Assembly (NCBI GenBank): GCA_951406725.2
Contig: OX597839.1
Location: 28,210,001-28,274,000 of the forward strand
Source: Octopus vulgaris
Lineage: Eukaryota
Direction of reading: 5' to 3'
DNA length: 64,000 nucleotides
Below the pieces are notes generated by a model. The model saw nothing but the letters and a program-made list of their open reading frames with translations. It did no database searches and was not told where the DNA came from. Of the stretch, positions 11,831 to 24,491 are shown piece by piece (the first letter of the stretch is position 1; each line of letters begins with the position of its first letter). The position numbers and the translations under genes are program-made.

Positions 11831-12861
11831 AATAGACACACGCACTGACACGTTATGCTTCTATGTTTGTGTATCTATACTTTATTTTGAATGGAAGAGA
11901 AAAAACTCCACAAAGGTTTGGTAGAAAGATAGGAAAAAGCAGATTTCATTTAAACAGTTCCTAACGGATTAAATTCGCTGTGTAATCGTATTTATTTCAC
12001 GTGTTGTTATTATTACAAGAACCCTCAAGGAAAAAAAAGTAAAGGAGTCACAGACCGTCTATTTTCAACGTGTTTTTGTTAGCGTGTAGAAAGACAGTTC
12101 GTGTTTTTGTTTAATTTTTTTTGTCCTGATTTATTAGGTCTGTTTGTTTTCTTTTTAAGCTTCTTGTTATTCTTCTTCTTCTTCTTCTTCGGAGAATGGT
12201 GGAAGTTATTTTCGTGAGTTTGGAGTAAGTTGGAGAGGGAAATTTGTATGAAAATAGCGAGATACGAGACGGGCGGGTACAAGAGGAAGAAAAAGAGAAG
12301 AAGGAAAAGAAATTAGCACACAATACGTTTCTAACCACTTTGCAAAAGCAAGAATACTAATATTCTTTGCATGCCGACATTCCAAAGCCTTGAAACACTC
12401 TTTCGCTCATTGAATTATTCTTATATATATAGGAAGCGAATATCTGTGAACAAGATGTTCTAAGCGTCCAATTGGTAGCCCCCCCTCCTATAACTGCTAA
12501 CAAGCGCCATGTAAATAAACAGAGGCAGACGATTAATTCGCAACAAAATTGTAATAAAATAAATATAAACTTTCTTCTCTTGCTCGATAAAAAATATAGT
12601 CTTAAAACACGGCGTGACAACTTCAAAAGCAAGCATGATAACTTCAGAATTTATTACGGTTGTTGCTTTACATGTAAACACTTAAGCGATGCACGAAAGA
12701 AAGTATTTTTAAACAGACACACTTGTATTATTTACGTTCAGGTTTATAGGTTGCTTTCTCTTTTTTTCCTAGAATTAACTGTAATAGAAGTAACCTAACA
12801 CCACCACCACCAACAACAACAACAAAGTCCTGCTGGCAAAGTTTAAATATTGAGGAGTACC

Positions 12862-12919
12862 ATGTGGAATAACAACGTTTCTCCGACGCTCTCGCCGATC
12901 CTGGCTCGCTACCAAGCCG
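12862..12919 (+). CDS. Putative first coding exon MWNNNVSPTLSPILARYQA|(G..), phase-1 donor
   Basis: Good start context gtaccATG. Open frame in non-repetitive sequence, ending in a consensus donor CCG|GTAAGT at 12920. Confidence 0.5.
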
Positions 12920-13011
12920 GTAAGTTGTCGTCCATTTTTCAGCAGACGATAAATTTTGATGCTCGTTCCGGGCGCATGTTTGCTTGCATGTAAGTGCATA
13001 TGTGGAAGTTT

Positions 13012-13042
<31 letters not shown>

Positions 13043-13195
13043 GTATGTGTGTGTGTGTGTGTATGTATTTTTGAGCGCGCGAATTTACGTGTGCGTATCA
13101 TACCTATGTATTTATGGGAAATGTATATGGGTACAGAACTGTATTCGGACAATACTTATGTGTATGTATGTGTGCGTATGTATACACACACACAC

Positions 13196-13254
<59 letters not shown>

Positions 13255-13271
13255 AGTACATGCGAAACTTC

Positions 13272-13324
<53 letters not shown>

Positions 13325-13724
13325 GCATGTATAACTGTATAACACACGCATGTATATATACGTGTGCGTGTATCTGTATAGATACCCCTAAATATACACA
13401 TACTACATATGGATATGCATGCACAGTATGTGTGTATATATATGCACAATGCAATTATTCATGCGCATGTTAGTTGATTATGATGTATATAGATGAAGTT
13501 TGTGTTTGATCACAGATTTGTATACATAGTATGTGTGTATGTGTAGTAAATAAATAAATATTTGCGTCTGTGTGTGTGTACCTTTGCCCATATAATACAA
13601 TAAAGGAATTAATTGTATCGCAATTCTTAACATTTATGTATTAACTTTATTGGGTACCTCACTAGCAGTATATTGGATATATGGTATCCCATGGAGGGTT
13701 GCATTTACAACCCCTATTTCAATT

Positions 13725-13766
<42 letters not shown>

Positions 13767-13769
<3 letters not shown>

Positions 13770-13896
13770 GGTGTCCCAAAAAATGTATACACATAGTGGT
13801 TCGGCAAAAGAGAACGATAGAATAAGTACTAGGCTTACAAAGAATAACAAATTTACAATTATTTAAGGTGTGTATACATTTTTTGGGGACAACCTG
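13767..13896. mobile_element. Tc1/mariner MITE containing a SINE B fragment
   Basis: TIRs cagggtgtcccaaaaaatgtatacaca / tgtgtatacattttttggggacaacctg flanked by TA. Interior 13795-13848 matches the SINE B 3' body. Confidence 0.8.
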
Positions 13897-14594
13897 TATA
13901 TATATCAAATATACGCGTGTCTGTGTTGGATACGTATAAATATATATCGTGCATGTATAATGCCCATATTTTTGACCGTGTGTATGTCTATCATGGATGT
14001 ATAGAAAGAATATGCCAAATACCCTTTGGTATGTCTGATCGGCATTTTAACGCAGGTACTGACGATGGCTGTTGCTAACGTCATTTCAATTACTTACACA
14101 CACAACACACACACACACCTTTGTTTTGCTTTTCTCTTTGCTATTTTTCACCTTCGTTTTAAGTAATCTAATACCTTGTAGTTATTCCTTCCACCCTCAC
14201 TTAGTAACTTCACTGACATTGTAACACAACATAACCGTCTGTATTACAATGTACCCGTTTACTATTACCGTAGTCATTGGTGATGTTGATGATGATAATA
14301 ATGATGGTGATGATGGTGGTTGATATATATATTTTATAATAGAGTGCGCTGTGGTTTGGCAGCAATGTTAGGCGTGATTCAGGGGGTTGTGTGACATCGC
14401 CTGAAATAGTTATGGCTTGTGGTTGCCGAGGTTGTTTGTGGTGGTTGTTGTAACGTGGTTTTTGCTAATGATGTAGGAAATAATGGATGTTGTTTGCCAG
14501 TGGTTAACAGTTGGGTTGTTGTTGTTGGTGGTGGTGGTGGTAGTTCAGGTGGGGGTTGCAATTGCTGTTGGTGTGTATCTGTGTATACTTGCGG

Positions 14595-14915
14595 GTGTGT
14601 GTGTATACGTGTGTGTGTGTGTATTTGTGATTGTGTGTGTGTGTATTTGTGATTGTTTGTGTGTGTGTATTTGTGATTGTTTGTGTGTGTGTATTTGTGA
14701 TTATGTGTGTGTGTATTTGTGATTGTGTGTGTGTTTTAGTAATTGTCTGTGTGTATTTGTGATTGTATGTGTGTGTATTTGTGATTGTGTGTGTGTTTTT
14801 GTAATTATGTGTGTTTCTATTTGTGATTGTATGTGTGTATTTGTAAACGTGTGTGTATTTGTGATTATGTGTGTGTGTGATTGTGTGTGTGTGTATATAT
14901 TTGTGATTGTGTGTA
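14595..14915. repeat. Degenerate ~20-24-bp minisatellite (tgtgtgtatttgtgattg)n
   Basis: About 13 repeats of tatttgtgat separated by TG runs. Confidence 0.85.
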
Positions 14916-15542
14916 TGTATTCGTTTTGGCGAGTATATGTGTTTACATTTGTGCGTATATATGCGCGTGTGTGTGCGTATATATGTATTTTTTAATGTCT
15001 ATGTGTGTGCATGTGTCTAGATGTCAGTCTGCCTGTCTGTACGTGTGTATATCAGTATATGTCTGTGTTCGTGTGTGTATCTATGTGTTTGTCTATCTGT
15101 GTGTAGATGTGTGTTTCTTTTTCTACACAAATTCTATGACGTTAGCTATTGCATTTGGTGGCGGTAGTGGTGTTGACAAAGGACATTCCAGTAACGACCA
15201 TCCCGTCTTTCTACGGCTATCTTGGACTACATTACTCAACGAACCCTTATCGTTTTTAAAACTGTGGGATGTAGTTTGAAGGAGATTTGACTGATATTTC
15301 TAGCACTTCAAAGGACCCTGTTGTTGGTGGTGGTGGTTGTGGTGGTGGTATTTGTTATTTAGCCCCAAGCCAGTCCTGATGGAACAGCCCCATGATTAAC
15401 AAGATGGTCATAGAGAAAGGGATGAATAGGGATATGTAGTAACCCCTGGCCTAGGAATTTCCTGGAATCTCAGGAAGCATTTGCATACATCAAAGCCTTA
15501 TTGGCTCGGACCAACGAGAGATAGGGGGGGAGCCTTTTACCT

Positions 15543-16270
15543 CAGTGGTTTTCCACCATTTTTAATCTATGGACCCCTTTGATTACTATTATATTCTTGT
15601 GGACCCTCATAAGCCATTTGATGTTTAAAAACTAGCTTTACAGATACTTCTTTTAAACATTCCTATTTTGTTTTCCACCCATTCACTTGAATAGGTTTGA
15701 AATACCTATTTCTTTACTACCCACAAGGGGCTAAACACAGAGGGGACAAACAAGGACAGACAAACGGATTAAGTTGATTATATCGACCCCAGTGCGTAAC
15801 TGGTACTTAATTTATCGACTCCGAAAGGATGAAAGGTAAAGTCGACTTAGGCGGAATTTGAACTCGGAACGTAGCGGCAGACGAAATACGGCTACGCATT
15901 TCGCCCGGCGTGCTAACGTTTCTGCCAGCTCGCCGCCTTCTAGGTTTGAAATAACACTCTCTGAGAGAATATGTATTTTGTGGCCACAAAACAGGTTAAT
16001 CCATGTGAAAAAGTTTGGGAAAGAAATCTAGCTGTTTCTTGCAAAAAGTACGTCTTAAGTAGTGCTCCTCAACCATTTTTTTAACCTATGGATCTCTCAT
16101 TATTATTTTATTCTGGCAGATCTTCAAAGCCATTCGATGTTTGAAAACTAGTTTTATAGATGCGTCTTTCAAAATTCTTATTTTGTTTTCCATTCATTCA
16201 TTTGTGTAGGTTCGCAATAAAAGTCACTGAGAGAACATGTTTCTGTGTCGAATAATATGTTAAAATTATG
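15543..16270 (+). mobile_element. Two tandem left-end copies of a hAT-like MITE (15543-16050, 16061-16270); the first is interrupted by SINE A
   Basis: cagtggttttccacc / agtgctcctcaacc starts resemble CAGTGGTTCTCAACC. The copies share ctatgga...aagccatt.gatgttt.aaaactag. Confidence 0.6.
15705..15940 (-). mobile_element. Full-length SINE A with 13-bp TSD
   Basis: TSD taggtttgaaata at 15692-15704 and 15941-15953. Confidence 0.9.
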
Positions 16271-16423
16271 TAAAACATTAGAGAAAGAAACGTGTTTCTT
16301 GACATAAAATATAAGGCTGTAAGTAGACGATAAATCAAATAAACGAACGTTAAAAGTGACAATAACACACAACGAGAGGACGGAAGCATGGAATGTATTA
16401 ATTTGACGCTCGGTAAGAGAGAG

Positions 16424-16458
16424 TTTATGACGTTTCGAGCATAACTCTTCATCGGAAA
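16424..16458 (-). ncRNA. Minimal hammerhead motif, one core substitution
   Basis: Minus strand CCGATGA-AGAG-ttatg-CTC-GAAAC-GTC, in a diverged relative of the 131/24800 repeat. Confidence 0.55.
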
Positions 16459-16505
16459 GGAAAACGGAAAAGTCTAAAGAAGGGGCAAAAAATCACCAAC
16501 AGCAA

Positions 16506-16541
<36 letters not shown>

Positions 16542-16549
<8 letters not shown>

Positions 16550-16618
16550 AATTACTAAGTCTCTTTAAAAGAGATTACGACAGCGTTTCTTTTAAAGAGA
16601 CTTAGTAATTTTAATATT
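16542..16618. repeat. Perfect 31-bp inverted repeat with 15-nt spacer
   Basis: aatattaaaattactaagtctctttaaaaga ... tcttttaaagagacttagtaattttaatatt. Confidence 0.9.
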
Positions 16619-16677
16619 TCTATTATTGAAAACAAGTGGTAAATAGAATCTTCGAACGGAGACGGTCAGTAGCGACA

Positions 16678-16752
16678 CCTGCAGGTCTGACTACGCTGCA
16701 TTGAGAAGGGGCAACAACCCTGAAACATGTCTGTAGCTGTCGGACTAGCAGG
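16678..16752 (+). ncRNA. Type-I hammerhead fold with long stem I and a mutated core
   Basis: cctgc-aggtctgac-tac-gctgca [TTGAGA] AGGG-gcaacaa-CCCT GAAAC-AT-GTC tgtagc-t-gtcggact-a-gcagg. The core deviates from CTGANGA. Confidence 0.6.
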
Positions 16753-16917
16753 TTGAAGCGGCTGACCTCCCTTGTTCGAAGGTTTGATAACGGACGCAGT
16801 TTGTGTGTCAAATAGCTAGCTTGAGGCGATGGCTTCATGGAGCTAATCAGCGACAGCTTTATTCTTATTTTTTAAGAATGCCATATTAGTATGGAGATAA
16901 CTATATATATATATATA

Positions 16918-17326
16918 TGAAAAAATGTATGGTAAATAAACACGACATAACGTATATTGAGTGTAAAACCGGACGGGAGACAAACACAGAAGGTCCCTAA
17001 TTTTTCATCAGTTATCAACCAATTTCTAATACAAAGTTTCGCACCTTTAATGATAATACTGAGACCTTCACAACTGGCGGCGCTCGCGAAAAAGAAAAAA
17101 AAGTCTTTTAGAACAAAATGGCACAGAGTGTGATTTAGGACGGTGGACAAGGACGACCGGTCGAGCAAAATATAGCCTAAGGACCAAGAAGACGAGAATA
17201 GTGGGTAACGCTTAGAAAATGTCCTAAAGAACTGAGAGACAGAGAATTTGCGACTGGTCAGCTGAGGACCAGTGTAAGAAAGGAAAAGAAAGAGAAGCTG
17301 GCCGCGGGTCATGTGGCAGCAGTAGG

Positions 17327-17383
<57 letters not shown>

Positions 17384-17521
17384 GAAGAGTGACAGAGAAA
17401 AAGGGGGAAGATATGAAGGTAAAAAAAGAGGAAGAAGAAAGGCTTGGAATAGAAAAGGAGTAAGTGGAAAGGCTAGAATAGAAGTGAGAGGGTGAGAGAA
17501 AGAAAATGGAAAGAATGAAGG

Positions 17522-17558
<37 letters not shown>

Positions 17559-17790
17559 TACGGGTACATAGAAAAACTTACTTGTTAATACAAATTCGGT
17601 GTGTATTGCGTTCTTTGATTTAATAAATGAAAAAAATGTATGGTAAATAAGCATGACATAACGTATACAGTGTAAAACCGGACAGGAGACACACATAGAA
17701 GGTCCCTAATTCTTTATCAGTTATCAACCAGTTGCTAATACACAGTTTCGTACCTTTAATGATAAGACAGAGCTTCACAGGTGGCGACAG
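16918..17790 (-). mobile_element. Non-autonomous Penelope-type element bounded by ~160-bp direct repeats (16918-17080, 17628-17790)
   Basis: tgaaaaaatgtatggtaaata...gtttcg(c/t)acctttaatgataa...cttcaca occurs twice. The minus strand has a hammerhead-like (C/T)TGTGAAG...CGAAAC-nnn-GTA. Confidence 0.55.
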
Positions 17791-17818
17791 GAATTTCAGT
17801 AAAAGAGACTTGGTTAAA

Positions 17819-18412
17819 GCGGAATTTGAATTCAGAACGCAAAGATGAACGAAATACCTATTTCTTTACTACCCACAAGGGGCTACACACAGAGAGGACA
17901 AACAAGGACAGACAAACGGATGAAGTCGATTATATGGACCCCAGTGCGTAACTGGTAATCATTTAATCGACCCCGAAAGGATGAAAGGCAAAGTCGACCT
18001 CGGCGGAATTTGAACTCACAACGTAAAGACAGACGAAATACCTATTTCTTTACTACCCACAAGGGGCTACACACAGAGAGGACAAACAAGGACAGACAAA
18101 CGGATGAAGTCGATTATATGGACCCCAGTGCGTAACTGGTAATCATTTAATCGACCCCGAAAGGATGAAAGGCAAAGTCGACCTCGGCGGAATTTGAACT
18201 CACAACGTAAAGACAGACGAAATACCTATTTCTTTACTACCCACAAGGGGCTACACACAGAGAGGACAAACAAGGACAGACAAACGGATGAAGTCGATTA
18301 TATGGACCCCAGTGCGTAACTGGTACTCATTTAATCGACCCCGAAAGGATGAAAGGCAAAGTCGACCTCGGCGGAATTTGAACTCACAACGTTAAGACAG
18401 ACGAAATACCTA
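17819..18412 (-). mobile_element. Head-less SINE A tandem array, 3 x 184 bp, running into an older SINE body
   Basis: gaaatacc at 17851, 18035, 18219 and 18403. Units share private variants (ggatgaagtc, tatggacc, ggctacac). Confidence 0.9.
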
Positions 18413-18758
18413 CAACACTACACGACAACCACCTGTATACTGCTAACACCGGTTGTACATTCACCGCCACGACCATCACCACTGTTTCACTACTACAACC
18501 GTTACATCATCATCCCAAAACTACTACCACTACTACTGTACAATTACCTGTTGTTAAAGGTATTCTTTTCAATTGTTTACAAACACAACCAGGCTGAAAT
18601 AATTAATGCATTCTTCCAGGAGTGAATTTAAAAATTCTCAAACTTAAGGGGATGGGCCCCTTAGATACTAACATGGGACCCCATATATGGATTCTAATGG
18701 CACAGGGGCCCACTTGCCATCGGGCAAGCTGGCAACCTGGCCAGTCTGCCACTGGTGG

Positions 18759-19182
18759 CAGCGCTGGATCAACCATTAAACAAATGGATTAGACAAAACC
18801 ATTAAACAAGGGAGGTGGTACTACAGAAATGGTAAATGGTTTACGACACAAAAGAAATCACTTTAAACTTGCTAAAATAATATTCGGGATGCCTTTATCT
18901 CAACTAAGTAGAGATGCAGATGTGTTACCTAAGATTAATTTTGAGGATCTGACCAAAGACTTTGCAATTCAAAAAAGTAGGAGGAAACTTTTTAAATCTA
19001 AATAAAGTGGAAGGAGACAAAAATAAACATTATTTTCCCCTCTTACTGTTTTGTTTCGTTTTGAAAATTAAAAATTTATTTTATGGTTTGTTATTGTTCA
19101 TATTTTGAATTGCATAATCTTTTATGGGGGCACCAAAATCTTTTAAGGGCTTAGGGCCCCGATGGATCTTAATCCAGCCCTG
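18759..19182 (+). mobile_element. Internally deleted hAT transposon
   Basis: TIRs cagcgctggatcaa / ttaatccagccctg. C-terminal dimerisation-domain remnant LSQLSRDADVLPKINFEDLTKDFAIQKSRRKLF*. A second hAT end (ccagtctgccactg) abuts at 18741-18754. Confidence 0.75.
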
Positions 19183-19206
19183 GGTGGTGGTAGTACTGTG
19201 GTTGCT

Positions 19207-19422
19207 AAACGTTAGCACGCCGGGGCGAAGTGCTTAGCGGTATTTCGTCTGCCGTTACGTTGTGAATTCAAATTCCGCCGAGGTCGACTTTGCCTTTCAT
19301 CCTTTCGGGGTCGATAAATTAAGTACCAGTTACGCACTGGGGTCGATGTAATCGACTTCATCCGTCTGCCTGTCCTTGTTTGTCCCCTCTATGTTTAGCC
19401 CCTTGTGGGTAATAAAGAAATA
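19207..19422 (+). mobile_element. SINE A copy with 15-bp TSD
   Basis: TSD agtactgtggttgct at 19192-19206 and 19423-19437. Confidence 0.9.
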
Positions 19423-19480
19423 AGTACTGTGGTTGCTGGCGATAGTGCAATGATTTCTAGTAATGGTAAAATACCAGTGT

Positions 19481-19808
19481 GAAGGCCCGTGGCTTACTGG
19501 TTAGGGGCATGTGGCCCACGATCGTTAGGTCGTGAGTTCAATTCCCGGCGGTGCGTTGTGTACCTTGAGCAAGACGCTTTATTTCACTTTATTGCTCCAG
19601 TCCACTCAGCTGGCGAAAATGAGTCGTACCTGCGATTCAAATGTGACAGCCTTATCACGTCCCGTGTCACACCGAATCTACCCGAGAACTACGTTGAGGG
19701 TACGCACGCCTGTGGAGTACTCAGCCACTTGCACGTCAATTTCACGAACAGGCTATTCCGTTGGTCGGATCAACCGGAACACTCGTCGTCGCAATCGACG
19801 GAGTGCCA
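19481..19808 (+). mobile_element. tRNA-derived SINE, head type 2 + tail Y'
   Basis: A/B boxes and tgtgtaccttgagcaagac. Tail ccgagaactacgtt...gatcaaccggaac...gacggagtgc is shared with 62173-62350. Confidence 0.8.
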
Positions 19809-20486
19809 GTCACGTGCTTAGGGCATCAAGGGAGGAGGGTTTACCACAGAAATGGTAAATGGTTGACGGCACAAAAGTAGTAGTAGTAGTAGTGGTGGTG
19901 GTGGTGGTGGTGGTGGTGGTCGGTAATGGTGCATTGGTTGTTGGTGGTTGTGGTGGTAGTTTAATGTGTGTGCAGTGGTAAAGAACCAGGTTCGTTTTCT
20001 TACTGGTTTAGTGGTTGGTGGTAGTGGTACAATGGTTGGACCTGATGGTATTGTTATAGTGTAACGGCGAAAGCGGTGGTGATGGTCATGTTGATGCTGA
20101 TGTTATCGTCCTGTGGAGTCTGGTGTGAAGTTGTTGCCAGCGATAATTAAGAAAACAATAGCGACCATATTGTTTTGCCTAATTAGTTTAATTGTGTTAG
20201 ATAACAAGACAACGTAATTAGCCACAGCGGCAGGGGTGGGGATTGCGTTTGTCAACTGGTCAAATCGTCTGAAAAACACAAAGTGTCTGTGTGTCGAGAG
20301 AGAGAGGGAAAGAGAGAACACATGTACGTACTGTGTGCGCGTACACACACACACACACATATCTACATATATATAATTACACACACACACACAAACACAC
20401 ACGCACGCACACACACATATATATATACATATGTATGTTTGCCTGATATATATAATTGCACAAATATATATGTATGTACTGCTATA

Positions 20487-20519
<33 letters not shown>

Positions 20520-20677
20520 GATTATATATATACACATATACCTGATTATATATATACACATATACCTGATTATATATATATATATATATATATAATACAT
20601 GTTTGTTGTCCACACCACCTGTCTTCGTCTTTTGTTTTTTCTTTGTGAATTCTCCCCCTATATATTACACACACACG

Positions 20678-20710
<33 letters not shown>

Positions 20711-20920
20711 CGCGCGTGCATTAATACACAAACACATAAGCGTGTGTACACACACACACACGCACAGAGGAAACCTCTTATTGAAATTACTTTGAAACGG
20801 AGCTTTTTTAGATATGAATCAATCAATAACCGGCTGATAACATTAAACAGCGGGTTTGACAACATATCGAGCGTATTCTAACCCGGAAAAAGGTGTTGCT
20901 TGTATGTGTGTGTGTATTGT

Positions 20921-20954
<34 letters not shown>

Positions 20955-21954
20955 CACACACAAACACACACACACACACACTATTGCTCAGGCAGCTAGA
21001 AATAACAGCCAAATCTCCATCGACTCTCACGTCCTACCTCCTTAAGAAAAAAACGTTCACATTAGACAATGTAGTCCTAGATATAATTTTGGAAAAGCAG
21101 ATGAGATAGTCGTGGTTGGAATGTCTTTGAATCATTAGGTCTGCTCGATCAGATTTTACTTGAGACAATTTACTTCACTAAATTGATTATTTTATTATTA
21201 CTTTTTTTTTTTTTTTTTTACATCAGATATAATTCTGATGTAGGTGGTGGTGGTGGTGGTGATGGTGGTGGTGGTGGTGGTTGTGGTTGCTGTGGTGGTG
21301 GAGATGAGGGTGTGACGGTAGTTGTGGCGGAGGTGGTGATGGTGATGGCGTGAGTAATAGTTGCTGATGGTTACAATGATGGTGTTGTTGTTGCTGGTGG
21401 TGGTGGTGGTGATAGTAGTAGTTGTGGTATAGATTGAGGGGGGTTAGTAGTAGCACTTGGTGGTGGTGGTGGTAGTAGTGGCAATGTTGGTGGTAGTGTG
21501 AGTAGTAGTAGCAGTAGTAGTAGTGGTGGTGTTGGTGCTGCTGCTACAGCTGGAAGTGATGGTGTTGATGGTAGTAGTAGTAGTGGTGGTGGTGGTCGTC
21601 GACGTGGTGGTCGTGGTGGTGGTGGTGGTGATGAGAAGCTGCAGCAAGTAGCAGCTGCTGCGGTCACATCAAACGGTAACATGACGGGAATGAAAGAAGA
21701 GGACTGCTATGGCGGCAGAACACCAACAACAACAACACACTCCTCCTCTCCTTCTCTCTCTCTCCCACTTCTCCTTCGTCTCCCGCCACATCCGAATAAG
21801 TCATCAATCAATGGAGACGATGAGATGTGTCGGACAAGAACCGATCAAACGGCACAAGTGATTGATTGATTGATAGATACAGATAAGATAGATGGATGGA
21901 TAGAAAGATAGATAGATACACAAATAGGAGTAATAGATAGATGGATACATAGGC

Positions 21955-22023
<69 letters not shown>

Positions 22024-22540
22024 CATACATACACACACACATACATACATACATACATACATACATACACACACATACATACATACACACATACATACAC
22101 ACATATATACATAATACATGCATACATAAATACATACATACACACATACATACATAATACATGCATACATACATACATACATACATACACACATACATAC
22201 ATACATACATACATACATACATACACACACACAACAAACATACACACACACATACATACATACACACACACACACATTCATCCATACATACATACATACA
22301 TACATACACACACACATATATACATACATACATACATAAAACGTTACCAAAACAGTCGTAAAGTAACAGAAAAATAATATACACAGGTTAACGACCGGGA
22401 TCAAAGGTTTTATTTCCACGGATCAAATGACCACTGTTTTCAGAGAGAAATCAGCTTCCAATATGTTCGGCATTTTCGATAAGAATATACGAAACTCAAA
22501 GACAAACATTCCAGAAAATTGCTTTCTTTTTTTTCGCGAA

Positions 22541-22749
22541 TACTCTTACTCTTTTACTCTTTTACTTGTTTCAGTCATTTGACTGCGGCCGTGCTGGAGC
22601 ACCGCCTTTAGTCGATCAAATCGACCCCGGAACTTATTCCTTGTAAGCCCAGTACTTATTCTATCGGTCTCTTTTGCCGAACCGCTAAGTGACGGGGACG
22701 TAAACACACCAGCATCGGTTGTCAAGCAATGCTAGGGGGACAAACACAG

Positions 22750-22802
<53 letters not shown>

Positions 22803-22962
22803 TACGACAGGCTTCTTTCAGTTTCCGTCTACCAAATCCACTCACACGGCTTTGGTCGGGCCGAGGCTATAGTAGAAGATACTTGCTCAATGTGTCACAC
22901 AGTGGGACTGAACCCGGGACCATGTGGTTGGTAGACAAGCTACTTACCACTCAGCCACTCCT
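22541..22962 (-). mobile_element. Full-length SINE B
   Basis: Complete reverse complement from the aggagtggctg head to the (aagagta)n tail. Confidence 0.9.
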
Positions 22963-23014
22963 TTATAACTCGAAATCACGTTTAGTTCTTGACGTAAAAA
23001 TAAAAACAATATAA

Positions 23015-23530
23015 GTGTCTCCTACTCTAGCCTTGAGTCGACCAGAGCCTAATGAGTGGATTTGGTAGGCGGAAACTGAAAGAAGCCCGTTATAATACAA
23101 AATGGGAAAGAACGCAAAACATCTGGACAGCCAGGTGATACAAAAAGGGACAACAAAACATCCAGATAGACGATACAAAGAAAACAAGGACGGGTCATTC
23201 GAAGTTTTCTTTCCTCAGTCAAGTAACAGATTATCTTCGCGATTTCGGCTGATTATACTTGAGATTGCTCCAATCTGGCCAGCCCCAAGGAAAAACTAAG
23301 CTAAGAGCATTAGATTCCTTGGAAGCTCCCCACCATCGCTTGACAACCGATGCTGGTGTGTTTATGTCCCCGTAAGCCAGCAGTTCGGCAAAAGAGAACG
23401 ATAGAATAAGTAAGAACCAGGCTTGCAAAGAATAAGTTCTGGGTTCGATTTCTTCGACTAACACCCTTTGAGGCGGTGCTCCAGCATGGCTGCAGTCAAA
23501 TGACAGAAACAAGCAAAAAGAGTAAAAATA
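23015..23530 (+). mobile_element. SINE B interrupted at its microsatellite by a 230-bp repeat (23096-23325)
   Basis: 5' part ends aagaagcccg; 3' part resumes ccaccatcgcttgacaaccg. Confidence 0.8.
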
Positions 23531-24028
23531 AAAAGAAGAAATAGCGCAATTTACAAAAAATGGCACGTGACAGCAAAGAATATAGTTTTTAAAGATGCCC
23601 TCTTTTACGATTTTGCCTTCAGGTTTGCCCATGTGCAACCCGAGAAACAAACACTTCAGAAGAAAATACACGACTTCATAAATAATCTATTTCATCATAA
23701 TTATTTATAAACTTTTTAAAATTCATATGATTTCTAAGAATTTCGACAAATGCTGCATGGTTTTAATTAATTTTAATTTATCATTTTAATTAAAATGTCT
23801 TCGCTTATTTCATCAAGTATATCAGTTCTCACGTCCACCACACATACACACACCGTGCACACACGCATATGTACACGCACGCACACACACACACACAAAC
23901 ACACACACAATATACATTTTACGAGATCCTCGGTTCCCAAACTTTCCGGATTACACATTTTTCCGGACCAGGGATTGTCACACTTCAAATAAGCTGAATA
24001 TTAAATTTATTTAAATTTACTAAAATAA

Positions 24029-24390
24029 GGCGCAGGCGTGGCTGTGGTAAAAGGCTTGCTTCTCAACCACATGGTTCCGGGTTCAGTCCCACTGCGTGGC
24101 ACCTTGCGCAAGCAACTTCTGCTAAAGCCTCGGGCCGACCAAAGCTTTGTGAATGAATTTGGTAGATGGAAACTGAAAGAAGCCGTATATATATGTGTAT
24201 GTGTACCCCCATCACAGCTTGACAACCGATGCTGGTGTGTCACACGTAACTTAGCGGTTCGGCAAAAAGGGTCCGATAGAATAAGTACTAGATTTAAGAT
24301 AAAAGTCCTTGGGTCGATTTACAGCCCTTCGAGGCTGTAAGTCTCCAGCCTGGCCGCAGTCCAGTGACTGAAACAAGTAACCGAACAGCA
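24029..24390 (+). mobile_element. SINE B
   Basis: ggcgcaggcgtggctgtgg...gactgaaacaagtaa. Confidence 0.85.
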
Positions 24391-24491
24391 GAATAAAAAG
24401 AATCAAAAGACATTCCTGTACCTGTACATTAGTATAAATTATACTAGTTTATTAATAGTGAGCTGGCCTAGGTACTCAGCTGTATATATAT

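Noticed and set aside
21680-21869. ATG-initiated segment MTGMKEEDCYGGRT.. as a further exon (also 48669-48723)
   Set aside because: No convincing splice donor; the frame runs into low-complexity sequence or a stop.
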